A stretch of DNA of 60,494 bases, counting the filler, from Sphacelaria rigidula (lineage: Eukaryota), in assembly GCA_964200075.2 (NCBI GenBank). It is 10 parts of 10 records of this genome, joined end to end, with 100 filler letters (N's around TTAATTAATTAA, not from the genome) between each part and the next. Parts side by side here need not be neighbours in the genome. Positions count along the whole stretch, not along the records: positions 6,061 to 12,020 come from CAXNAA020023199.1; positions 12,121 to 18,080 come from CAXNAA020023200.1; positions 18,181 to 24,140 come from CAXNAA020023201.1; 7 more parts are not named here. One strand, written 5' to 3'. The position numbers and the translations under genes were made by a program. Of the stretch, positions 11,365 through 22,500 are shown one piece after another (positions within the stretch are counted from its first letter, which is position 1; every line of letters begins with the position of its first letter). The notes beneath the pieces were generated by a model. That model did not search any database. It was not told where the DNA came from and saw nothing but the letters and a program-made list of their open reading frames with translations.

Positions 11365-12573
11365 GATTGTCCGCTTGTTTCTACGTTACTTTTTTGCTTG
11401 CTTGTTTGCTTGCTTGATTTTGTTCAGTGTCTTTTACTGTCTGTCGTTTGTTTCTGTTGTTGCAACTGCGCCGCCCGTAAGTATTCTACATCCTGTCGCC
11501 TGCCTGCTGCTGTGCTTTTGTTGATGGGAGCACTAGCGGATGAGTTTGTTCATTTTTGGTCCTGCGTCGATCCCCTCCCCTTCCTCGGGATGACTCCGTG
11601 GTCTATCTATCTCAAAGAGTTATGCACATTTCTCCCCCCCAGTTCATGTGCGGCAACCAGCCAATCAATCAATAGCTACCTTTTCAAGTGGCATGCTGTT
11701 GTGTTTTTGCTGCTGTTTCTATCGGTGTTGTTGTTGTGCAAAACATACGTCGTTTCGGAACGGTCGAGAAAGGTCACACACGATGACATTCTCTACGCCC
11801 TCCCAGGGGAAATTATTTACCGTAGTTGTGACCGCATATAATCGCTTGCAAGAATCAGCGATGAGAACATCTACGGAGAGCTCCAAGGGACGAAAATTCC
11901 AGCTTTCTCACGCTCTTGAATTTCGTAGCAGCTAGAATTTCCGTCCACGGTGTGGCTGATTGTGCTTTCGAAAGTAGGCGTTTCGATATCACGATCGAAA
12001 TGAGGGAGGCGGCGGGGAGGNNNNNNNNNNNNNNNNNNNNNNNNNNNNNNNNNNNNNNNNNNNNTTAATTAATTAANNNNNNNNNNNNNNNNNNNNNNNN
12101 NNNNNNNNNNNNNNNNNNNNCTCGAAATTTCGAGCAACAAATGGCCCAAAATACCCCCCCCGCTATCGTAGGATGACTCTTGCGCGGAATATCAACTCAG
12201 ATTAGATTACAATAGCGCACTGGAAATGTGGTGGGCTTGAGCACTGCTCGCTGTACTGCGCTTCGGCCATGATCATCATCCCCATGAGACATAATGCCGT
12301 GCTACCACAGGTTGCAAGTGTAAACGAACATGCATGTTCTACTTGGGGAGGCTCTTTCATTCGTTTTCACTCTTCGACAGGTGAACAACAACAAATACTG
12401 TTTTCACTGCAGAAGCTGGTACGTTCGGGGCGTGGGATGACTTAAACCAGTATGGTGTGTCCGATCAGGATGAAGATATAATCAGCAGGAGAAAAACTGG
12501 GTCCTCCTGGAGAAGAAAAATGTAGCCTAAACCTGACCCGAGACTGGGGGTGTGGTTGAGTTCACTTGCAAAC

Positions 12574-15500
12574 CTGTCTGAGGAAAGGGATGCGGCTGGA
12601 CAGCACCAACTCGCGAAGGTCATCCTGCAGCGTGTCGTTGTTCTTCTCCAGGAACCCCGTCGCACAGTATGTCACCTGAGGAGAACGGGGCAGCAGGATC
12701 GAGTTCAGAAGTGATCGTACCATCCTCCGGGTTGTCACCGGTCGCACACTAATCCCCTCGATCGGGCACTATCGGAACTCTCGCGGCGAAACCCTTCTCA
12801 ACAAAGTGTTGCCGTTCGAAGCGAATCTGTTTTCTCGGCAGACTTACAGTACTCTTTAGAAAACTCAAACCCCGTTCCCATGTACGGCACAGTCCGAAGA
12901 CAGACGGTTGGTCGCTGTGGTGTTCCAGTGGAGGGGGTTTGTCGTACAGTAGAGGGGATGGTGAACGAGAGCAATTCCCTCGTCTTCTGCCACATTCCAC
13001 ACCCTGGATAATGACAGTAGAAGAATACGCAGTCAAAACGTGTACTACGTACAGTATCGACTTTTACGCCTATTGCAACAGACAAAAGATTCTATAGTGT
13101 ACGCAGTACATTTTTTACAATAGAATATCTTGTCATTACCCGGGGTGCGCCACATTCCAAACACATCGCGACGCCAATCTACACCGACTTGACCACCTGT
13201 TGAAATAATGACATCTAGACCAGTTGATTCTACAGCCGGTACGTTTTCGCTTCTCACCGGTACAGAGGGGCTAACGGATTCGCTGTCAAGGTTGGACGTT
13301 AGGCGGTGGAAGTACACACATAGCTACTACAGTCAAACAATCGTTTTTACCACGGCTGGGCCCCTGGGGCGTCAGTTAAAGTGCGACAATCGATCAACAT
13401 CAAATCAATCATTTTTTTCTTTTTTTCTTAGTCTACTCTGAGTCATTCTACGATAAGGGAGGGAGGATTTGATTGCACGAAAAAAAAGGCTCATACGTGT
13501 GTCAGACGACCTGCCACACTCGCGATGCGGTTGTATTTGGTCAAAAACGTTGTCAAGCAGGATGAATGAGCGTTATATACCTCTTTAACAAACTCGTTCG
13601 AACAGCCGTTGCTGCTTTGAACGACAATTTGACTTTGAATTTCGTGCGAGACGTGGCCCAAAATACACCCCCCCACGCGCCTATCGTAGGACGCGAGGTC
13701 AATGGTCTTATGACTACGGCATACATGATCATGAGTACACCCCGTGCTCCGTCTCGAAAGGGATCCGTGGTCAATGGTCGAACGACTAAGGCAAGCAACA
13801 AATGAGTACGCCCGCCCCCTATCGTGCGATGACTCCTCTTTTGTTCTATTCTATTCGTCTTGTTTTCTTATTGTCTTTTTTTTCTTCAGCGGGTGAACAT
13901 TTCAGTTTTGTTCCATCCCGGGCACGTCTATCATGTGGATAATGACCATGGCTGGATCCCTGGGGGATCCGTTGAAGTGCAACAATTACTCAAGCAAATC
14001 AACGGGTGAATACTCGGATGAAAGGCATGAAGAAAAAATGACGCTACCCATAGGGCTCGAGCTCTCAACCGCGAGCCCGCTCTCCGACTCACATCTCCCG
14101 CATAGTGCATGACGATGAAATCCATGCCCCCAAATCGGGGTTTCCTGTAGCGGGGGTGTGGCGAGCGCCTGTGGTGCTGCTGGTGGAATAGCTCCAGCAG
14201 GTTCTTGTCGGAAAATGCATCTCTCTCGAGAGAAGCCGCGCTCTGCCTTCCCGTGAGAGCCTGCACATGATCCGACCGTTCCAAATAACGCAAAGAGCAT
14301 CCGATGACTTCCAGAATGTGCGATGGGAATCTGAGAACTCTGTTGCTTTCCCACAGAGGAACGGAGAAAACAAATATGTACACAATAATAATATTACAGT
14401 TTTCTTTGGTGTGCACTCGAGGCTCCGTAAAGCAGTTGAGCAACGGCATTGTCAAAAGTACTTCACGATGTTTATGCTTTACAAAACGTAGCGCAGGGGA
14501 CGACGACAAGGTCTTGCTGCCTGGGCTTTGGTGCAGGAGTAGACTTCACTGTTTGTCGTGATGCCTACACGACTGCAGCTTGTTGTGGGTTATGGGTGAG
14601 TGAAGACACGGCCGCCGAGGCGTGGGTTTTGCGGATTTTACAAACGGCGAGTACCCGCTGCATGTGGGAAAGCTTGGTCTAACTTTTTTCCCCGGGCTTA
14701 TTCCTGCACCGCAGAAAATGAATGTAGCAACTGTTTGAGACAGGATCAGACATGTAGGTAGGGATGTAATTCGCATTAGAAGTAACTAGGTTTCCCTCGC
14801 CCGCACGGACAACGCGGGGAAAAGCCTTGGACCTTAAACTAGACTTTCGAGAGATTCGGGTGAGTCCTGTAGGAGGTACCGAATGCGAGAGACACGCCGA
14901 CATACCACTGCCTTTTTTGCTTCACTTGCTCGTCCACTTGGCTCAAGCCAGGTTGGAAAATCCCCGAACGGGTTCCAGTAGAAATCGCAAGTCCCGAAAG
15001 ATAGATCATGGGAGCATAAATGACGCGAGGACGACCCGACACCGCAGTAACATACTGCCCTCATCACCTGATCCTCTAGAATAGGCATAAGGCCGACCGG
15101 CCTCTTAGAGATGAGGTCGATGATGGCCTCGTTGTCCCTGAACGGAATGGATGCCACATCAAGCCCCTCAGCTCCGTACTCCTCCTACGTTTCGTCGGAA
15201 AGTACAACCAGGTGGGGGATTGGGTCGGATGGAGGTGGGAGCCTGCAGTACTAATGTAAACTATACACATGAAGAGATTTTGACGCTTTCTTAGCAGTAG
15301 GAATGTCCGGGACGGTCGGATGTCGTATCCAACAAATACCCGATGGAAGGAGAGAGGGGATGGGGACGGAAGAGGGGGGCGAGGGAATGAGCACGGGACA
15401 AGGTTGAGTACAATTTCTTGGAAAATGATGTGAACTTACGGCTCAATATGGCTCAAAACTTGTTCGTACTTTCAAACACATTGATGTTGCTCTAAGTCAT

Positions 15501-17309
15501 GACATATTGATAGCTCGGACCAGGGGTACCTCGACGGAACGCTTGCGGACCTCTCAATCTGCTGAAAACAGCCTGGATCCGTTTTTGAGGTTTAACATTT
15601 GGGTGAGGTTCGACTCGAAAACAGTGCTTTCCCTGACCTTGAGCCATGACCAATGAATTTCATATGGACGACCTCATGCCCCCCGACCTCCTTGAAACTA
15701 TTTTTGGGGGTTGCCCGTCTTCCGTGCCCCCAAAGCGTATATGCGAAAGCACCAATTTCGGGCTTAAAACGCCCCTTTTTCGCCCCGATGTCGAGGTAAA
15801 AAAGTGCTTTCGCACATACGCTTTGGGGGCACTGAAGACGGGCAACCCCAAAAAATAGTTTTAAGGAGGTCGGGGGCATGAGGTCGTCCATATGAAATTC
15901 GTTGGTAATGACTTCGGGGCAGGTAAAACACTTTTTGGAGTTGAACCTCACCCAAATGTTGAACCTCAAAAACGGATCCAGGCTGTTTGAACGTACCTCT
16001 CTTCGATACACCTCTCGTGGCGCTGATATGACCGTGGGTTGCCCGTTCTGGCCGAAGCATTCCTCTGTTCGTACAGAATTCGCAGGCCTTGTCTACGAGC
16101 GGGATCTTTCTGAGACCTTTACTGCTACATATACATCGCTGAACGACAGTCCACACGTCAGCCTTCTGCCAGCGCGCCGATGTGCGCATGATACGACGAG
16201 AGCTGATGGGATTGACCAGGAAGAGAGGCGTGCACGCATAACGTCCACTTGGCGGTCGACGAAAGGGCAAAAACATGTTTTTCTCATTCTTCTTTAGCAG
16301 GCAGGCGTACACACGGTAGCAGCATGCATGGAGTACGACACTACCCTCAAGGTGGTTTCGCTTGCCTGCTCCAAGACAAAGATGTGGCGGTTGAACTGGC
16401 GCTGCAACACCTCGTTGGCGTAGTTGATGCAAAATTGCTCGAAGCTATTGGTCGCCATGATCTCAAACCCTGCAAGGATGGCAAGGTTATTGATAAATGC
16501 GCCGGAGTAATACGGGGGCAATTCAAACAGCGAAAAACTGTTTGCGCTATACCGTCGACTACCAGGGATGCAGAACAACCCTAGGAAAGGGAAAGTCCAC
16601 TATGACCGTCGTCTGCCATGCTCTCACGAGTCGTGAGCCCAGATAGTAGGTTAAGATCCGCTTAAGAAGAGAAAAGTATTTATCAGATATGCGCTGACCG
16701 GGTATTCGACGGCGACTAATCGAAAGTGTAGGCGCTTTCACCGAGAATATGTACACGATGCCAATCGATCGATGCATGTACTACGATTGAAGCGCAGGCG
16801 CAGGAAAGTCGAATGTGTCAAAAATAGAAGTAATAAAAAAGACGCTCCGCAGGTGGAACGTTTTCGTATTCTCCTCTTTGACCTGCAAAGAAAATTCTAC
16901 TTGTGTGTCCCCGCAGTCCTGGGTTTGAACGCGGGCTTTTGTTGATGCCTCAGCGGTTTTATTAAAGGAAGGTTGGAAATTCTCATGCAAAAAAACAGCA
17001 GCCAGGGAAAAAATATTATAAATGTTTGTGATTTCCCCTGATACGCCCTTGCAGGACGTGCTGCTGTTTGCCTGAGGATCTCTTTTGTGTTTTTCGTACG
17101 GCCGCTGCGTGTCCATTCATCAACGCCTTACCGAAGATATCCAGGATGCCGATAAAGGTACGTTGCGCGTTTGCATTTGCGTCGCCGTCTACCGCTTCTT
17201 TGTCCTCGTCGACGCCCATACCCCCGAAAACTAGGTTGATCTTCCAGTTAATCCACGCGAAGAGCTGCCGGTAGATATGCTTCATCAGTGCCGACAGGTT
17301 TTCCTTGGA
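12574..17309 (-). CDS. Myosin heavy chain, motor domain (internal exons; partial gene)
   Basis: Exons 17309-17132 ([25 protein letters not shown]...FIGILDIFG), 16469-16366 ([35 protein letters not shown]), 15184-15068 (EEYGAEG...[12 protein letters not shown]), 14260-14093 (...[17 protein letters not shown]) and 12675-12574 ([20 protein letters not shown]...). Switch-II DIFGFE, relay helix and HYAG motifs are present and intron phases are compatible. Confidence 0.96.
12998..13149. mobile_element. MITE (~150 bp) with TIRs and 8-bp TSD; second copy at 58935-59071
   Basis: TIR CACACCCTGGATAATGACA / TGTCATTACCCGGGGTGCG, flanked on both sides by CCACATTC. Internal sequence is shared with 58935-59071. 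Confidence 0.8.
13440..13835. mobile_element. MITE (TIR GAGTCATYCTACGATAGG) carrying two nested LINE 3'-end fragments; related copies at 12121-12178 and 29908-30090
   Basis: Inverted ends GAGTCATTCTACGATAAGG / CCTATCGTGCGATGACTC with CTCT on both flanks. The body matches the reverse complement of 29908-30090. LINE tails lie at 13689-13743 and 13744-13812. Confidence 0.75.
15566..15988. repeat. Long inverted repeat (fold-back element), arms ~186 bp, loop ~50 bp, in a myosin intron
   Basis: 15566-15752 is the imperfect reverse complement of 15804-15988 (e.g. AAACAGCCTGGATCCGTTTTTGAGG / CCTCAAAAACGGATCCAGGCTGTTT). Confidence 0.93.
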
Positions 17310-17371
17310 CTGTAAAAGCGATAACAAACGGAGGAAGAGGTACGGTCGGCAACAGCAGGTGACGTGGTGTG

Positions 17372-17580
17372 GTGCGCGGGAGGACCGCGTGCTTAGGGGA
17401 CCTTATGGTAGTTCAGACACCCCTATGGTTGGGCTTAGGGTTGGGGTTAGTGTTAGGGTTAGGGTCAGGGACGTGTTCCCTGCAGGGACTGGTCCGATCG
17501 TTTTTTTGAAAAAGAAGTCGATCCTGAGGTGTTTTGAAATACGATGCGGTCCCGTAAGCACGCGGTCCTCCCACGCAGTA
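17372..17580. mobile_element. MITE with internal telomere-like (TTAGGG) repeats; second copy at 43551-43756
   Basis: TIR GCGCGGGAGGACCGCGTGCTTA / TAAGCACGCGGTCCTCCCACGC, with internal TTAGGGTTGGGGTTAGTGTTAGGGTTAGGG. Confidence 0.85.
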
Positions 17581-17609
17581 CAATGGTACGTGATGTTTGT
17601 GTGATACTT

Positions 17610-17800
17610 GAAGAGAAGACAGTAGTCGACTGAGTTTGTTTGACGTGAGTTGACGCGGTGCGGGAGTGCTGATAGTCATGACCCAATCCGCAAGACCAAA
17701 ATGTAAGGCGCCTACCGGGGGAGAGGTGGGTCCAGCCCTTGAGACCACGGGCTCATCCCAAGGGAGGGAAGGGGTTCTGAGTGTGACACATAAAATAAAA
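17610..17800 (+). mobile_element. tRNA-derived SINE family A, 5'-truncated copy
   Basis: Shares the AGTAGTCGACT..GTGAGTTGACGCGGTGCGGGAGTGCTGAT...GAGACCACGGGCTCATCC body and A-rich tail with 21361-21740 and 48477-48660. Confidence 0.75.
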
Positions 17801-18000
17801 TAAATCATAAAAAGTAATAAATGCATTACCCGCTGAATCTAGAGTACCCGTGCGATTCCTCTATACTTCTGCGGATATCAACGTTTTTTCGAATCCTTAC
17901 CGCTGGGTGAATGCTCGATAGATCGCTCGGGACAATAACAATGGCACTGTTCTGGACGTTTGTACACGATCCAGATGCATAATCTACGTCCAAATTCAGG

Positions 18001-18080
18001 GGGGCGTACTCATTCGCTGCTTGCCTTAGTCATTTGACCATTGACCACGCATCCCTTTCGAGACGGAGCACTTGGGGGGG
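18001..18080 (-). mobile_element. LINE 3'-terminal fragment (~80 bp); further copies at 24241-24320 (-) and 57790-57860 (+)
   Basis: Reverse complement of GTGCTCCGTCTCGAAAGGGATGCGTGGTCAATGGTC...GAGTACGCCCC, flanked by C-runs. Confidence 0.85.
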
Positions 18081-18180
18081 NNNNNNNNNNNNNNNNNNNN
18101 NNNNNNNNNNNNNNNNNNNNNNNNTTAATTAATTAANNNNNNNNNNNNNNNNNNNNNNNNNNNNNNNNNNNNNNNNNNNN

Positions 18181-18390
18181 GTCTAATGCATCAAACTCTT
18201 TCATGCCACCTTTCTTCACATCCCGCATTCCCACCTCTAGCACGTCCCGTTCCTCCTTGTATAGTTCACATTCTGCTACCATATGACTTATGCTCTCTAT
18301 TCCTTTGCCACAGAGGCAGTTCTGTTCATCTACTTACTCGTCCTTTCGACTACTGGTATATCTCCTTCTTCTTTCTGGCAGGTCCAGGAG
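18181..18390 (-). mobile_element. LINE internal fragment
   Basis: Reverse complement resembles 6590-6800 (DLPERRR...SHMVAECELYKEERDVLE region). Confidence 0.75.
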
Positions 18391-19129
18391 GGGGGGGGCG
18401 TGTTTCGTGCATGCACACGTACGTCAAGAAAGCGAGGGACGCAAAATAAGGGCACATATTATGAACCTGAACACACACACACGCGCGCGCAAGTGACGTA
18501 TTTTGATGTGCAACATTCGCGTTTGCATATTGAAATCAGATGAATGGTCGACCTTTTGTCGATTACGGAGGATAACACGCCCTCCCGCCCCCTGCCCTCT
18601 CGGGGCTAAAAAAAACTTCAACCTAGGGTTTGCTTGACTCAGCTGCGTCAAACAAAGGTCTGCTGCGTCGCAAGCACGTACAGACAGATTCGGATACGAC
18701 AAACTTTCCGAGAGGGGTGGCGTGTTATCTACGGATATCCGTGGGAACCTCGTGTTCGAGGTGTCTGGTGGAGGTGAAGCTAAGGTGAAGCTGAGTCCAA
18801 GTGTTACGAACGAACACAAAAGTAGAGAAACGAAAACAGCTACAATACTCGTTCATCACCGTATATTCGGGCACGCTCATCTTGCGAACATGTCTGAATT
18901 CGTTGCAGATCAATTGATACCCGTAAAGTGATCAATACATCAATAAACCGATAGGCATGCCCCCTGCTCATTTGCGCGCGCGCGCGCGTGTGTGTGTACT
19001 GTACATGCTTCCACGTCTCCTTTCGGTGCCGACCGACCAAGCCGACCGACGTGGGGAAAAATGCAGTCATCGCCCTGAGGCAGTACAGCACTGTAGTCCT
19101 TTTTTTTCTTCGTCTTTCCGTCGCACTTT

Positions 19130-19455
19130 CAACCCCCCCCCTTTCCTCAAAACAAGTCCGTGGTCCTAAGGTCTCAAGGGATCAACCTCGTCCCTCCTCC
19201 GGTACGCGCCTTACATTTTGGTCTTGCGGTTTGGATAATAACCTCGACACCACGTCGCCTCTCGTCAAACAAACTCAGTCCAAAGAACTATTCTTGCTTC
19301 CCACGTCCTCACACTTTATTTTTCATTTTTCAACACCACGGAAACCAGATACTTTGGAGGAGAAAAACCCAGGCGCATCTTGCGATATTCGAACCCGCGT
19401 TCTTTGCGCGTTGATAGTCTCGGTTGTACCATTACACCGCCGGGGCACGGCGGGA
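19130..19455 (-). mobile_element. tRNA-derived SINE family A, near full-length copy
   Basis: The minus strand begins CCGCCGTGCCCCGGCGGTGTAATGG (A box) ... GGTTCGAAT (B box), followed by the family body. Confidence 0.7.
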
Positions 19456-19510
19456 GTAGTAGTTTTGAGCAGTATTCCAGTGACATTTTTGTTATTTCCT
19501 TGGCTCTCAC

Positions 19511-22500
19511 CACCAGCCGTCGGTGAGGTCGGGTAGGTTAGTATTGTAGGTCGTCCCGTCGTCGAGGAAGCCCTCCAGGGGCGCCCGCGATGCGATGTTC
19601 GTCACCCAGTCTGCATCCATGCACCATGAGCAGAGATGGACAGAGATACAGGTAGGCAGACAGATAGATAGAGGGGTAAGCAGGTAGACAGGCACACAGA
19701 AGCAGAGCAAGACTAACTACAAATGCGAAGGATACGGAGAATCAACGGGAGAGACAGACAGCCAAGCGGAGGCAAACAGAAGATCGGCAGACAAGCAGAC
19801 GGATACAGTAGTAGGCGGTCTAACTATTCAGGGGGTGTTTAGGGGTTTTCCTCGCGTACTACTCTTAGATAGAACTCGAAAGTGCTAGCGTCGGTAAATT
19901 TTGGTACAACAAACAGATCATTCTCGAAACGCAGTGCCAATGTCAGAGTGAATTGGTGTAATCGAGCGATACGAACAAACATCACGTAGAATGTTTTTGA
20001 TGAAATAAACCCTTGTGTTATTTGGGAACAACTTAACTCCATGAAAGGCCATATGTTCTGGGGATTGGGTCGTATATCCTGTTTCCGTTGCTGAAACATA
20101 GGGCTCTTATGGCTCATATATTGTAGTCAACCCTTCGTCACGTGATGGTCAGGGTAAGATGAGGGAACAACTACAACAGCACCTTCCGATGACATATGTG
20201 GAACAATGGATGCCATGGAATAGCCGTGTCGACCGTGTCGCGCTCAAGTGGTCGTCACCTTCACCTTCAGTATACCCTTCTTCTCTAGGCTCTGTACAGC
20301 ACAACAGTGGGCTGTGCTGATCTTGCCTTTGCCCGCAAGTGGCACATTTTTCCACCGTCCGTTGCCTACACCCCTGACACAGTGTGTCTGTTCGGTAGGC
20401 GTCACCGCCGCCAGCGTCAGCCTTCGCGACCGCCCATGATCATGTCCGAGAACATTTCCCAACAGGTTATGAGCCCCGACTTTCGCGCGGCGCGTGGCCC
20501 TCTCGACTTCAGGGTGGGGCTACAAGGATAGTGGTGCAATCGGCCATGGATACCGGGCTCGTGATCGCAGCCCTGACGATGAAAGAGGACACGTTTCTGA
20601 ACGATCATGATGTGCGAGCTGGGGGGGGTTCGCCACGAGCTCTGACCGCGTCCCTGTCTACATCGACAACACCTCGACTCTTGGCGCCGCCGGCAATCAG
20701 ACCCACAGTCTGTGTGCCCCACATCGAGCAGCTTTGTTGTGTAACATGTCTTGAGCACGCCAACTTGGGAATGTCGGATGTGAAATTGTCTCTTTTTCCC
20801 AGTAAAAGAAGTAGTGTTAATTTTGCAAGCGGCTTATCGGATTCGGCGTCTCCACCGAATTTCCTGTACAAAAATATGTCATTTTCCCCTCAATTGAAAT
20901 TGGGTAGGTGAGACTTTGGCCTTGACGACTGCGGAAGTAATCCATTGTTGGTTGTGCAAATATAATATTAAAACGTTCCACCTGTCATCCTGAAAAAAAC
21001 CCGATAAATTCCCGCCACTACTAAAGCCAGCACATTATTCAGCCGGAAGGGTGTGTGAGACCAGAGAATAACTACGACAGCACCTCAAGATAGCATACAT
21101 GTCCACAGGTAGCTGCGGTGGGATATCATTGCAGAACATTTCACGGGACGGACTCTCACGACCGTCTTCGGCTGAAGTGGTCGTGACCCCCACCCGTATT
21201 CTTCTCCAGGCTTTGCACAGCAAATTTGCCTCCAAGCGGCACCCTTCACATGATATTCCGTCTACATCCCCGACACAGCGTGTCTCTTCGTTTGATTACC
21301 CGCCGCCAGGGTCAGCCTATGGTATCGCCGATGAGAGATGATAGAATCAATCAATCAACCGCCGCTCCCCGGTGGTGTAATGGTCCGACTGTCGTCATTA
21401 GGGTGGAGAGAACGGGGGTTGGATTCCCGATGCGTTGGGTTCATTCTTCGTAATTTCCATCGTAATGTATGATTTCCACCGTGGAAAGCGTGAGAACGTG
21501 AGTAAACAAAAGTAGTCGACTGGGTTTATGAGACGTGAGTTGACGCGNNNNNNNNNNCTGTGAGTGAACAAAAGTTATCGATTGGGTTTGTGAGACGTGA
21601 GTTGACGCGGTGCGGGAGTGCTGATCCAATCCGCGAGATCAGAATGAAAGGCACGTACCGGGGGAGGGATAGGTCGATCCCTTGAGTCCACGGACTCATC
21701 CCGAGGAAGGGTAGGGGTTCAAAGTGTGAGGAGAAAAAAAGAGAAAAGAGAATAAAGCACTCAATCATCGATGAGAGAGTCCACGCACAATATCTCTACA
21801 CTTTTTGTGGGTGTGACCATCCGTCTCTTACCCGCGATCGAAGGGAAGAGCCCGAAGAGGAAGGCGGCGTAGTGCCTCGGGGGCAGGAAGTTCATGCACT
21901 CCTCCAGCAGCATGAGGCCCACGAACAGCACAATGGGGCCGATGGTGGGCTGGTTGACGATGGAGCGGATAAGGGCGATGAGCCCGAACAAAGACAGGAC
22001 CAAGTACAGCACGCCGTTCAGCATACTAAAAGGGGAAAACAAAAGTGGCGGGTGACAGGGGGGGGGGGGGGGGGAGAGATGTTCGTTGCGTGGCGTTATC
22101 GGGGAGACGAGATGAAGTAGCCAATGGCAGCAACAAAACCTAGGTCCAAAACGGGAGGGCTGCATTACTGTGCTCGCAAAAACAAAAAATGTCATGATTT
22201 AAAAGGTTCGCGCACAAGCTCTACTGTGCTTAAATACCAACCCTTTTCCCCGCGAAACTGAGAACTGGAACCTGATTCGTTTTTACTCTCGTATACGTAC
22301 CAAAGATATGGGGTTCGAGTCCCGGCATGATCGATTGTGGAAGGAAATTTTGACATGTGTACTGTGAGCGGTCACTGGTTCAATGGGTAAACTGTTCGCT
22401 TCCTGGATACCCGTATCCTGTGATTGGACGGGTTCTAGAGAGCGAGAAGCAGGACCCTCCCCGACACCTTTCAGATTACACCTGAACCTCTCAAGGGTGT

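Noticed and set aside
20150..21350. Coding-like intronic stretch within the permease gene
   Set aside because: Frames are broken and no domain or termini were recognised. It may be an old TE remnant, but no call can be supported.
21490..21610. Apparent tandem duplication within the SINE
   Set aside because: The two versions flank a 10-N scaffold gap and are probably an unmerged overlap or ends of different copies.
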